Shown here in pieces: positions 1 to 9,560 of a stretch of DNA of 64,000 bases. Where the stretch lies: positions 186,001 through 250,000 of IMG/VR virus record IMGVR_UViG_3300032287_004484. One strand, given 5' to 3'. A model generated the notes under the pieces. That model saw only the letters and a list, made by a program, of their open reading frames with translations. It had not been told where the DNA came from and searched no databases. The position numbers and the translations under genes are program-made. Numbering within the stretch: position 1 is the stretch's first letter; each line of letters starts with the position of its first letter.

Positions 1-69
1 GTAAATTCATTTTTTGAAAATTTAAAATATATTAATGATTGGTATTTAAAAGCAGAAGAATTAGGTGTT

Positions 70-573
70 ATGAATGAATCACTTAATGGAGTTTCTCCAC
101 TTTCTAAAGATTGGAAAACACATCTTCTTAAAAATCTTGTTCTTCAAAAAAGAAAAGGATTAGAAGTCAATATTAGTGAAGTTTTAACTGATCTTGAAAA
201 ATTTGCATTAGAAATAATTTCTGAATCTGATATGACGATGAATATTGGATTAGATTCAAGTAAAATCCCTGGTTCACATAATGGAGAAAATCAAATTAAT
301 TTCTTAAAAATGGGCGGAGTCTTTACTTATACCGATTTAGAAAAACTAATTTCTGATTTTACTAGAGCTATGTCAACTTATCAAGCATCTGGAATGGAAA
401 GAGACACTCTCGGAAAAATCTCTAATTATAAAGATATTGCTGATAAAATGTATCGTACTAATATGATTGACGATGAAACAGTAACTAATATAATTACTGA
501 TTTTAACACTACTTATGGTCCAGTTAAAGATAACATGTATGCTCCTTTAACTACATTTAAAGCAGGTGTGTAA
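70..573 (+). CDS. hypothetical protein in the position of T4 prohead core proteins (upstream of prohead protease)
   Basis: Clean ORF, TAATG-coupled to gp21; function inferred from position only. Confidence 0.55.
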   Translation: MNESLNGVSPLSKDWKTHLLKNLVLQKRKGLEVNISEVLTDLEKFALEIISESDMTMNIGLDSSKIPGSHNGENQINFLKMGGVFTYTDLEKLISDFTRAMSTYQASGMERDTLGKISNYKDIADKMYRTNMIDDETVTNIITDFNTTYGPVKDNMYAPLTTFKAGV

Positions 574-1226
574 TGGAATCAATCTACTTATCAGAAGCGG
601 TAGTAATTAAAGATCACGAACTCAAAGAAATTATTATCGAAAGTAATGGTAGAGAAAGAAGAGTCCTTCAATTAGAAGGGCTCTTTCAAAGAGCTAATGA
701 GAAAAATCGTAATGGAAGAATTTATCCTCTTCCTATCTTAGAAAGAGAAGCTTCTCGTCTTGTATCTTCTAAAATTAAAATAGAAGGCGGACTTATTGGA
801 GAAATGGAACACCCTATCATTGAAGCTAATGATCCTAATGCAGTTTCTAGAGCAACTAAAATTCTCTATGAAAGAGCCTGTATCATGATCAAAGATCTTA
901 GAGTTTCTGGAGATGATATTATCGGTAAATGTGAAATCTTAGATGATGCTAATCAATACGGTGCTACTCTAGCATCTATGGCTCGTCGAGGACATATGGC
1001 TGGTATCTCATCAAGAGCAGTTGGATCTAAACCTAAATTAGATTCTAATGGCGGACTTATGGTTAACGAAGATATTCAATTTGTTACTTGGGATATCGTT
1101 AGTGATCCTAGCGTTCATAATGCTAGATTAAAAGCTTTTATCAGCGAAGAAGTTCAGCGAATTCAACACTTACAAAAATCTGGAAGAAAAACTAATCTGT
1201 GGCAAGTTTTAGAAAAATTTAATTAA
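573..1226 (+). CDS. gp21: prohead core protease (T4 gp21-like, peptidase U9)
   Basis: LEGLFQRANEKNRNGRIYP, GEMEHP (catalytic His), GISSRAVG (catalytic Ser), WDIVSDPS; upstream of scaffold and capsid. Confidence 0.92.
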   Translation: MESIYLSEAVVIKDHELKEIIIESNGRERRVLQLEGLFQRANEKNRNGRIYPLPILEREASRLVSSKIKIEGGLIGEMEHPIIEANDPNAVSRATKILYERACIMIKDLRVSGDDIIGKCEILDDANQYGATLASMARRGHMAGISSRAVGSKPKLDSNGGLMVNEDIQFVTWDIVSDPSVHNARLKAFISEEVQRIQHLQKSGRKTNLWQVLEKFN

Positions 1227-1232
1227 ATAAAA

Positions 1233-1260
1233 AAAAATCAGTCTTTTAAGACTGATTTTT
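1233..1260. terminator. bidirectional intrinsic terminator
   Basis: aaaaatcagtct-ttta-agactgattttt hairpin between convergent genes. Confidence 0.75.
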
Positions 1261-2059
1261 AAATATCATATTTATCTATTACAGATAAACTCTTATCTTC
1301 AATATTATATTTACGCATAATCTTATTAATACTGTCTTCATTTTTATTAGAATAAATCTTTTCTTTAGAATCTATCAATAATTTACCAATCAATTTTAGA
1401 TTATTTTGATTTGATAAAAAATCAAATAATTTTTGATGATTAATTTTTTGATGCTCCATAAGATTTATTTCACTTAAAATAGAATTTAAAATTTTAATAA
1501 AATTATCTTTATTTTTTGTTAATAAATTATAAAAAGATTTACTTACGTTTTTAATGTTTTTACTTGTAATTAAATCTTGAATTAAATTTTTATTATTTTT
1601 ATTAATAACTAATTGTAATAATTCTTTTAATCTTTCTTTAAATATACTAATAAAGAAATTTTCTGGTTCTTTTTCTTGTAAATAATTAATTATATTTATC
1701 AAATTAAAAGTAAAAAATAAAAATTTAAAAAGATCAGCTTTTTCATTATCATTTAAATCAGGTAAAAAATCTTTTGAAAGAGAATCAAATGGAAATTCTT
1801 GACTTATATATTTAAAAACGTTTAAATCAACATTAGAGTCTCTTAATAATTTATCATTTTTAAGATAATTTAATATGTAATTAATATTAATCGTCTTATC
1901 TTCAGTCAATTCTTTTATCTTTTTAATAAGAGATTTTTTTTCTTTATCTTTTAAACTTTCAATTTTCTTTATTAATTTTAAACGATATATTTTATTATTA
2001 AAATCATTTTCTAATGATTCACATATAAACAAAAGTTGTTCAAATAAATTTATTTTCAT
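1259..2059 (-). CDS. hypothetical protein
   Basis: 266-aa ORF, K/N/L-rich, no recognisable motif. Confidence 0.6.
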   Translation of the reverse strand: MKINLFEQLLFICESLENDFNNKIYRLKLIKKIESLKDKEKKSLIKKIKELTEDKTININYILNYLKNDKLLRDSNVDLNVFKYISQEFPFDSLSKDFLPDLNDNEKADLFKFLFFTFNLINIINYLQEKEPENFFISIFKERLKELLQLVINKNNKNLIQDLITSKNIKNVSKSFYNLLTKNKDNFIKILNSILSEINLMEHQKINHQKLFDFLSNQNNLKLIGKLLIDSKEKIYSNKNEDSINKIMRKYNIEDKSLSVIDKYDI

Positions 2060-2137
2060 ATTAAAAATATTTTTAAAAATATTTTTTAATTCTAATTAAA
2101 AATATTTTAATATATCATATTTTTTTTAGAGGAAAAA

Positions 2138-4108
2138 ATGAAAGATAATAAACAATTAGAAATTATATTAGAAAATATTTTAATATCTGATCCTTATTTT
2201 TACGATGAAAACATAGTAACTGATTTTATTAAAAATAAAGTTTTTGATAAAATTAAAAGTTATATAGATAAAAATAAAGATGAAATCACTAAACTTAATA
2301 CAGAATTAAAATCAGAAAAAAGTCTTGGAACTTCTAAAAAAGGTCAAGAAGCAATTAATAAAGCAATCGATAAAAACTGGAATTCTTTAACCGGTGATTC
2401 ATTACAGATTAGTCAATCTAAAATTTCTACATTAAAAGGTAAAAGTTTTGCTGAAGTAATGATAAATATTTATGATAATTTAATAAAAAGTCAACAAAGA
2501 AAAAATTTAAAATTTGATCCTAAAAGTCCTGAGTTTTCTTCTTTTGATCTTAATGAAATTAATGGTAAATATGTATACGATGAAAAAGTAAGTAATGTTT
2601 TTGGCGCTATTGGAACAAAAGCAAAAGTAGCAATTAGTGCTTTTTTAATATCTTTAGTCGTTTGGACTGTATTAGGTAATCCAGTTGGAGCAACAGAAAA
2701 ATTTCTACCAAAAGTATCAGAAACAATATCTGGATTAGTAAGTTCAGTAAAAGGAAATGATATTTCTGCTCAACAAGAAAAACTTTTAGTTGATTCTGGT
2801 GAAGAAGCAAAAGTAGAGGCTGGTAAATTAGAAAAAGAATTACCAAGTCTTAAAGGTGTCCCAGAAGAAGATACTAAGATAAAAGTATTAAAATCTGGTA
2901 AAACAGGACTTACTCCAGACCAAGAAAAAGTAATTGATGAAGAAATTTCTAAACATGAAGCAATAAAAGATAATCTTCAAAAAGAAACAAAGTTAAAAAT
3001 AAAAAGTTACAAAACTCGAGGAAAAATATACGATTCTATTAAGAAAATTTCAAAATTAGATAAAAAAGAAGTTGCAAAAGTAATTGAAAAAGATATGGCG
3101 CAAAAAATATTTAACGTTGTATCTGAAAAAATAAATAAGGGTTTTGAAGAAAATGAAAAAAATATCCTTGAACTAGAAACTGGAAAAAGAGCCTCTAATT
3201 TAAAAGATCCACTAAGAGACATAAAAGCTGATCCAGCAAAAGCAAAACAAGTAATAAAAAAATTACAAAAATCAAATAAAATAATGGCTGAATATTCTAA
3301 AGCAATAGAAAATTTTGATTCTGATGATTCTGACACTTATATTGGTTTAGGCCTAACCCATCGTCAATTACAATTATGTGCTGTAATTAATTCTTTTGAT
3401 AAATTTGAACTAGATGGAGAAACAGTTGAGATGTTTCCAATTGATTGCACTAATTTAGTTGATTCAAATGGAAATCTCCTAAAACTTGATTCACTAGAAA
3501 AATCAATTGAAGTAAATCCGCAATTAGAAGCGATGTTTCTTAAAAAAATTAATGATTTTGAAGCTATAGGTCTTATTAATTTAAGTAAAACATTAAAAAA
3601 AGCTTTTAGCGGAAAAGAATTAACAGATGCAGAATATAAAAGTGTAAAAGAACAAATTAATAAAGAAATAACAGCTAAATCAGATATGCTATCTAAAAAA
3701 TACTCTCCTGAAGAAATTGATAATCTTCTTGATTTTTGGAATACTGTTTATGCTGTAGCATCTGATTCTATAGATTCTTTTAAAAATCAACCAAGTAAAA
3801 CAAAAGATAAAAAATACGAAGATAAATTAAGTGATAGTGAATTTAGACTTAAAGAAATACATAATTATTTTGCTAGTAGTACAGATTTATGGAAGAGTTA
3901 TAATTCAAATAAAAATGATGAAGAACTTGCTAAGTTTTTTAATTTAGGTAAAGGTGTAAATTCAAGTCAAAATAAAATTCTACCAAATGAAATCCCTAGG
4001 GCAAAAACTAAATATTTAAATAAAGGACAAGTCCAAATAGCAGAAAATTCTGTTAGAAAATGGGATTCTCTTTTATCAGTTATTGAAGAAAATTATTTTA
4101 AATCTTAA
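2138..4108 (+). CDS. hypothetical protein with one hydrophobic segment, possible internal head protein
   Basis: 656-aa ORF with SD GAGG; hydrophobic AISAFLISLVVWTVLG; ILE-N, IAE-N, IEE-N candidate gp21 sites. Confidence 0.65.
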   Translation: MKDNKQLEIILENILISDPYFYDENIVTDFIKNKVFDKIKSYIDKNKDEITKLNTELKSEKSLGTSKKGQEAINKAIDKNWNSLTGDSLQISQSKISTLKGKSFAEVMINIYDNLIKSQQRKNLKFDPKSPEFSSFDLNEINGKYVYDEKVSNVFGAIGTKAKVAISAFLISLVVWTVLGNPVGATEKFLPKVSETISGLVSSVKGNDISAQQEKLLVDSGEEAKVEAGKLEKELPSLKGVPEEDTKIKVLKSGKTGLTPDQEKVIDEEISKHEAIKDNLQKETKLKIKSYKTRGKIYDSIKKISKLDKKEVAKVIEKDMAQKIFNVVSEKINKGFEENEKNILELETGKRASNLKDPLRDIKADPAKAKQVIKKLQKSNKIMAEYSKAIENFDSDDSDTYIGLGLTHRQLQLCAVINSFDKFELDGETVEMFPIDCTNLVDSNGNLLKLDSLEKSIEVNPQLEAMFLKKINDFEAIGLINLSKTLKKAFSGKELTDAEYKSVKEQINKEITAKSDMLSKKYSPEEIDNLLDFWNTVYAVASDSIDSFKNQPSKTKDKKYEDKLSDSEFRLKEIHNYFASSTDLWKSYNSNKNDEELAKFFNLGKGVNSSQNKILPNEIPRAKTKYLNKGQVQIAENSVRKWDSLLSVIEENYFKS

Positions 4109-4176
4109 TTAATTTTATCCAACTATAATCACAAAAAAATTATAGTTGGATAAAAAAAAATAATATTTTAAATTTT

Positions 4177-4455
4177 ATGGATAAATATATATTTAATATG
4201 GATAACGAAATAGATAAATCAATTAAAATAATATTAGAGAATCCTAATGAAAACGTTATTTATGATGAAGCGTTTACTGATTTTTTAGGTATGTTAAATC
4301 CTACAGAAAAAATTGATAAATTCTCTGAAGGAGTTTTAGTTAAAGTATCTGAAGTCGTATCTAAAATGATTATAAATAATCCAGATTTATTACAAAAAAT
4401 AACAAATAGCGTATTAGAAAATATTGATATATATGTTAGTAAGAAAAAAAAGTAA
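4177..4455 (+). CDS. hypothetical protein
   Basis: 92-aa ORF in head cluster. Confidence 0.55.
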   Translation: MDKYIFNMDNEIDKSIKIILENPNENVIYDEAFTDFLGMLNPTEKIDKFSEGVLVKVSEVVSKMIINNPDLLQKITNSVLENIDIYVSKKKK

Positions 4456-4503
4456 GCGAAAAATGAAAAAAGGTTTTATAGTAAAAAATATGAGGAGGGC
4501 ATT

Positions 4504-5631
4504 TTGAAATCACTCGAAAAATTAAAAAAAGTTTTAAGTGATGTTGAAATCAATGAGGAACAAAAGTCCGCTTTAGATGAATTTTTTGCTGAGCTCTACG
4601 AAAACTTACAAGAAAAAGCTCGTGAAGAGGTTCAAGAAGAACTTGAATTTATGAATGAAGCTTTAGATGGTACAGGATCCAAAGAAGGTTGGATCAAAGT
4701 AGAAGAAGCAGAAGAAGCGTTTAATAGAGGAATGTTAGATGCAGAACGAGCTTTTAACGCCCTTAGTCAAGAATATGATGTAGCAATGGAAAAAGCAGAA
4801 AAAGCTTTCAATTTGTTAAGTAATGATTATGATTTGGCTATGGAAAACGCAGAAAAGGCTTTTGACTTAGCAATGGAAGACGCTGAACAAGCATTTAATC
4901 TTTTTGCAGAAGATTCTGAACAAGCTTTCACTTTAGTTCAAGAAGATCTTATCAAAGAACATTCTGAGACTATGGGCAAAGCAATGGATCATTTATATGA
5001 AACATTGTTAGAAAAAGCAAAAGAAGAAATCTATGAATCTCAAGATTTTAGCATGATTAAACAAATAAAAGACATTCTAACACCTATAATTTTAGAAGAA
5101 AGCAACTCAACAGCTTTAATGACTAAAGTTAGAGAATTAGAAAAACAATTATCTTTAGCAAAACAAGAAAAAATTAATAGTGAAAAAGATCAGATTATTG
5201 AATCTTTAGTTGATGAATTGCCAATTAAAGAAGCGAAAATTGTACGTAATTATATTTCTGAAGCAAATTCTATACAAGAAGTTTATGAAAGATATAATCT
5301 CGCAATTTCTTTACTTGAAGCAAAAGAAGATAGAGAAGAATCTAACGAAGATACAATAAACAATAAAAAGTCTTTAAAAGAAGAAAACTCATCTGAATCA
5401 GTTCGTAAACCATCAAGAAATTTTAAAGATTTCTTTGAAGCTAGCGAAGAAGTTGATGAAGAAGATGATTTTGAAGAAATAGACGAATTAGAAGATGAAG
5501 AAATCAATGAAGCGGAATTTGAATTCCAAACAGAAGAAACTGTATTCTCATCTAATTCAAAAGAAAAACCGAAAACAGATAAATTCAATTCTTTTGAAGA
5601 AGCAATTATATCTTCAGTTTTCAAAAAATAA
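4504..5631 (+). CDS. gp22: prohead core scaffold protein (T4 gp22-like)
   Basis: Acidic coiled-coil protein directly upstream of the capsid gene; TTG start with GAGGAGG SD; internal AE.AF repeats. Confidence 0.75.
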   Translation: MKSLEKLKKVLSDVEINEEQKSALDEFFAELYENLQEKAREEVQEELEFMNEALDGTGSKEGWIKVEEAEEAFNRGMLDAERAFNALSQEYDVAMEKAEKAFNLLSNDYDLAMENAEKAFDLAMEDAEQAFNLFAEDSEQAFTLVQEDLIKEHSETMGKAMDHLYETLLEKAKEEIYESQDFSMIKQIKDILTPIILEESNSTALMTKVRELEKQLSLAKQEKINSEKDQIIESLVDELPIKEAKIVRNYISEANSIQEVYERYNLAISLLEAKEDREESNEDTINNKKSLKEENSSESVRKPSRNFKDFFEASEEVDEEDDFEEIDELEDEEINEAEFEFQTEETVFSSNSKEKPKTDKFNSFEEAIISSVFKK

Positions 5632-5650
5632 ATGGAGGAATTTTAATATA

Positions 5651-7249
5651 ATGGAAATTTTTAGTGAATCTTATAAAGCACAAAAAGAAGTAGAAGATAA
5701 ATTATTATCTAAATGGGAACCTGCTCTAGAAGCAGACGGAGGAATAGCAGATGCACACATGGCAAGAACAACCGCTATTCTATTAGAAAACTACATGGGA
5801 CACCTTAAAGCATCTAACCAACTAATAAGTGAATCTGTTACAAGTGGTGACTTTAAAGGGGTTAATCTTGCACTTCTTGGTCTTATCCGAAGAGCAATTC
5901 CCGCACTAGTTGGAGCAGAACTCGTAGGCATCCAAGCAATGCCAACACCTACCTCTCCAATTTTCTACATGAGCTGGAGAAAAGACACTGGTGGAACAGG
6001 AACAACTAAAGGTGGTTCTTCGTACAACGATGAATACTTTGGATATCCTAATGGTGGAGCAGGTCCACTTGGTCAAGCTGATCCATATTACACTTCTCAA
6101 CAACTAAGAAGCGTATTAGTAAAAGAAACACTAGCTACTGGAACAGCTTATGGTATCGTTCTTAATTGGACACCCGTTATTGGATACACAATAAGATTTA
6201 GATTATTAGATGCAAACGGTAGAGTCGTTGGTACATCTTGGATTAACCAAGCAACTCCTACTTCTGGAACAGCTACTGGAGCAAACTCTAGTGGAGTAAC
6301 AGCTTATTCTGGCGGATTAGTAGCAGCTTCTATCACTGTATCTGGAACTTCTGCATCTTACACTAACGCAGCTGGAACTACAGGTACTTCTACAGCTTCT
6401 GTACTATCACCCGTAGTTATCGTTACTACAGCAAGTTCACTAGCTGATGGAGTAAAAATCGTTGTTGATTGGGAATATAACCAAGAATCTAACACTAAAG
6501 CTCCTGATGTTGGTGTTCAAATCGATCAGTTCAACGTGTCTCTCGTAAGAAGAATGTTAAGAGGAAAATTCTCTCTCGATTCTATCACAGATGCACAAGC
6601 ATATCATGGTATTTCTCTCGAAAACGAACTCATGGAAATTATGAAATATGAATTAACCAATGAAATCAACAGAGAAATCATTTCCGACCTTAGATCCATG
6701 GCAGGTATCGCTAACACTTTAGACTACAACTCAAACACTACCTTTAACACTTCTGGAAACTATGATGATTCCTTCAAATTAGTTCTCGATTCCATCAATG
6801 GTCTCGGTGCTGAAATCTTGAATCAGTCTCGTTTAGGAAGAGGTAACTTCGTCGTAGGTAACCCTGTAACTCTAGCATTCTTAGACAGAGTACCTGGTTT
6901 CGTTGGTGCGGGCGTATCTTATGATGGAAAAGGATTAACTTATTCTGGACAAATGGGCAATAGAATTAAATTCTACGCTGATCCACAATACGTTAAAAAT
7001 GAACTACTTGTTGGATATAAAGGACCATCTGCTATCGACACTGGATACATTCATGCTCCATATCTTCCAATTACCGCAACACCTACTCTACTTAACCCAG
7101 AAACTGGTGACCCAAGTAAAATATTTTATACTAGATACGGGAAGACTTACCGTGATTTTGATAAAGACGCTGGTAAATCAACTAACGCTATCTATCGTGG
7201 AGAATATGTATACGGAAGACTCTTTATGCAGAACTTCCCAACAATCTAA
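5651..7249 (+). CDS. gp23: major capsid protein (T4 gp23-like)
   Basis: KWEPALE, TAILLEN, LIRRAIPALVGAELVGIQAMPTPTSPIF, ELTNEINREII, GYIHAPYLP, TRYG; start set at ATG 5651 behind GGAGG rather than 5495. Confidence 0.95.
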   Translation: MEIFSESYKAQKEVEDKLLSKWEPALEADGGIADAHMARTTAILLENYMGHLKASNQLISESVTSGDFKGVNLALLGLIRRAIPALVGAELVGIQAMPTPTSPIFYMSWRKDTGGTGTTKGGSSYNDEYFGYPNGGAGPLGQADPYYTSQQLRSVLVKETLATGTAYGIVLNWTPVIGYTIRFRLLDANGRVVGTSWINQATPTSGTATGANSSGVTAYSGGLVAASITVSGTSASYTNAAGTTGTSTASVLSPVVIVTTASSLADGVKIVVDWEYNQESNTKAPDVGVQIDQFNVSLVRRMLRGKFSLDSITDAQAYHGISLENELMEIMKYELTNEINREIISDLRSMAGIANTLDYNSNTTFNTSGNYDDSFKLVLDSINGLGAEILNQSRLGRGNFVVGNPVTLAFLDRVPGFVGAGVSYDGKGLTYSGQMGNRIKFYADPQYVKNELLVGYKGPSAIDTGYIHAPYLPITATPTLLNPETGDPSKIFYTRYGKTYRDFDKDAGKSTNAIYRGEYVYGRLFMQNFPTI

Positions 7250-7276
7250 TCTAAAAATTATTTTGTTGAAAAATAG

Positions 7277-7307
7277 AAAAAGAAGGCTCAAAAAGCCTTC
7301 TTTTTTT
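7277..7307 (+). terminator. intrinsic terminator after capsid gene
   Basis: agaaggct-caaaa-agccttct followed by T-run. Confidence 0.85.
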
Positions 7308-7341
7308 ATGTTTAGACATCTTTTGAAATAAAAAATAAAAT
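7303..7341 (+). promoter_or_regulatory. sigma70-like promoter for homing endonuclease
   Basis: TTTTATGTT-TAGACA-17 bp-TAAAAT, variant of the repeated motif. Confidence 0.55.
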
Positions 7342-7346
7342 ATATT

Positions 7347-8555
7347 ATGAATAAATACTATGTATATGCTTTATTAGATGAAAGAAAACCAGGATATTAT
7401 GAATATGAAATAGATGACATAATTATTGAATTTAATTATGAACCTTTTTATATTGGCAAAGGAACTGGTAATCGTATTGCTATTCACGAAAAAAGCGCTA
7501 CTTTTGAATCTAACACTACTATTAAAGATAATAAAATAAGAAAGATTTGGCGTGAAGGCAAAAAAGTGGTAAGAACTAAAGTTTTAGATCATCTTGAAGA
7601 TAATCTTGCTTTTGATTTGGAAATAAAACTAATTAAAATAATAGGTCGAAGAGAATTAGGAGGACCATTAATTAATCTTACAGATGGTGGAGATGGACTT
7701 AAGAATCCTTCTCTAGAAGTAAGAGCAAAAATAAGCGAAGGTTCAAAAAATCGTATAATTTCAGAAGAAACAAGAGAAAAGTTAAGGAATAGTTGGTATA
7801 ATAAACTTTCAAGATTAGAAAAAATTAAATTTTCTAGAGGTATAACTTTAGAAGAAGCACAAGTTATTAATCATGAAATATCTATGAAAGTTGGATCTTA
7901 TAGAAAAGGCACTAAACATTCAGAAGAAACTAAAAGGGCTATGTCACTTCGTCAAAAAGGAGTTCCTAAACCTCCTCGAACTGATGAGCATAAGAAAAAC
8001 TTATCTGCTTCTATGATTGGTAAGTTTGCTGGTGAATTTAATCCAATGTATCAAAAGAATTTTAGGGATAATCGTGTTAATAAATTTGGTGAAATTAAAG
8101 AACAAGAATTAGAGAATGAAAGGATAGATAAGATTAATAAGACGACTAATCAGAAAAAGTTAGATGCTGAGGCTCTTTTTCCAGGTACTCCTTATAATGT
8201 TTATATGCAAGCTTATAATTTATATAATAAAGGTACTTCTTTAGAAGAGTCATTGCGAATCGCAACAGAAAATAATGAAAAGAATAATTGTATTGCTAAA
8301 GAAAATAAGATTAAAAAAGATGTGACTAATTTTTATTCTAAATTAAAGAATGGTACTTTAAATCCTTATAAAAAAGAATTATACGATATATCACTTTTTT
8401 TATTAGGATTAAGAAAGCAAAAAGGGATTAGAGATCCATTAGACGAAGTTAAAGATTTAAATGTTTCTTTAGGTAAAAAATTTCGTAAAGATAAAATTTC
8501 TGAATTACAGCAAATTATTAATTTTTATGGAGTATCTATTGAAGAAAGTTGTTGA
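7347..8555 (+). CDS. free-standing GIY-YIG (Seg-like) homing endonuclease with NUMOD3 DNA-binding repeats
   Basis: YYVYALLD...PFYIGKGTGNRI, LEIKLI, LINLTDGGDG; NUMOD3-like SEETREKLR, HSEETKRAMS, TDEHKKNLS. Confidence 0.85.
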   Translation: MNKYYVYALLDERKPGYYEYEIDDIIIEFNYEPFYIGKGTGNRIAIHEKSATFESNTTIKDNKIRKIWREGKKVVRTKVLDHLEDNLAFDLEIKLIKIIGRRELGGPLINLTDGGDGLKNPSLEVRAKISEGSKNRIISEETREKLRNSWYNKLSRLEKIKFSRGITLEEAQVINHEISMKVGSYRKGTKHSEETKRAMSLRQKGVPKPPRTDEHKKNLSASMIGKFAGEFNPMYQKNFRDNRVNKFGEIKEQELENERIDKINKTTNQKKLDAEALFPGTPYNVYMQAYNLYNKGTSLEESLRIATENNEKNNCIAKENKIKKDVTNFYSKLKNGTLNPYKKELYDISLFLLGLRKQKGIRDPLDEVKDLNVSLGKKFRKDKISELQQIINFYGVSIEESC

Positions 8556-9519
8556 GTTTTTAAATAACAGAGGAATTAAACATCGAATTTCTCGAGGTTG
8601 TTATATTACTATTGATAATAAATTTATTTTAACTTTTGATGGAAAAGATTTAAATTCTAATTTAGAAGTAGTTAAGATTGATTTATCTAATGATAGATGG
8701 ATGAGTGTCATTAGTAGATTATGTAAACTCCATATTTCTAAAGATATGATTTCACTTTATCATCAAGTTAAAAAAGAGCCATTTTATTATTATGATCAAT
8801 CTACTTTAATGGATTCTTGGCATAGTATTAATCGAGGTATTCATAATCGTAGTTTTAAGATAATTAAACATTTTCATAAATCTTTAATGGATAGTAGAAA
8901 AAACAAATGTTCTTCACCTAATGAATTTCTTCAAGATAAAAAAAATCTATTCTTTTTAATTAAAAATCGTTTTATTTATTCTAAGACTCTAAATAAAGAA
9001 GTTATTTTAAATTCTTTATCTATTAGTCGTCGATGTCCTATCGTTTCTATTTTTTCACCTCTTTTAGTCAAAGATATTATTAATAAATATGCTCCAGATG
9101 TAAAAACTGTAATTGATCCATTTTCAGGATTTAGTGGTAGAATGTTAGGTTCATTAGCTTTAAATAAAACCTATTTTGGAGGAGATATTAGAGGAGATGT
9201 TATTAATGAAAGTAAAAATATTTTATCTTTTATTAATAAAGATTGTCACTTAGAAGTTTCTGATTTTAAAGATTTTTCTGTTAAAAGTGGTGATTTATTA
9301 TTGACTTGTCCACCTTATAGTGTAACAGAACTATGGAAAGGAGTTACAAGTTATTTTGATGAAGATTATTATATAGATTGGATTTTAAATAATTATAGGT
9401 GTAATAAATATATTTTTATTGTTAAGAATACAAGATATAAAGACAATATAGTAGATACTATTAAAAATGGTTCTTGGACTAAAAGTAATGATCACGAGAA
9501 AATTTTAATTTTTAACTAA
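8527..9519 (+). CDS. amino (N4-C/N6-A) DNA methyltransferase
   Basis: SAM-binding VIDPFSGFSGR and catalytic TCPPY; overlaps endonuclease gene by 29 nt. Confidence 0.7.
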   Translation: MEYLLKKVVEFLNNRGIKHRISRGCYITIDNKFILTFDGKDLNSNLEVVKIDLSNDRWMSVISRLCKLHISKDMISLYHQVKKEPFYYYDQSTLMDSWHSINRGIHNRSFKIIKHFHKSLMDSRKNKCSSPNEFLQDKKNLFFLIKNRFIYSKTLNKEVILNSLSISRRCPIVSIFSPLLVKDIINKYAPDVKTVIDPFSGFSGRMLGSLALNKTYFGGDIRGDVINESKNILSFINKDCHLEVSDFKDFSVKSGDLLLTCPPYSVTELWKGVTSYFDEDYYIDWILNNYRCNKYIFIVKNTRYKDNIVDTIKNGSWTKSNDHEKILIFN

Positions 9520-9560
9520 ATTGCTTCTAAAATAATAAAATATATTTTAGGAGTGTAAAA

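Noticed and set aside
5495-5650. Track start for the capsid protein at 5495
   Set aside because: Overlaps the scaffold gene by 137 nt; ATG 5651 has a GGAGG SD and gives a gp23-like N-terminus
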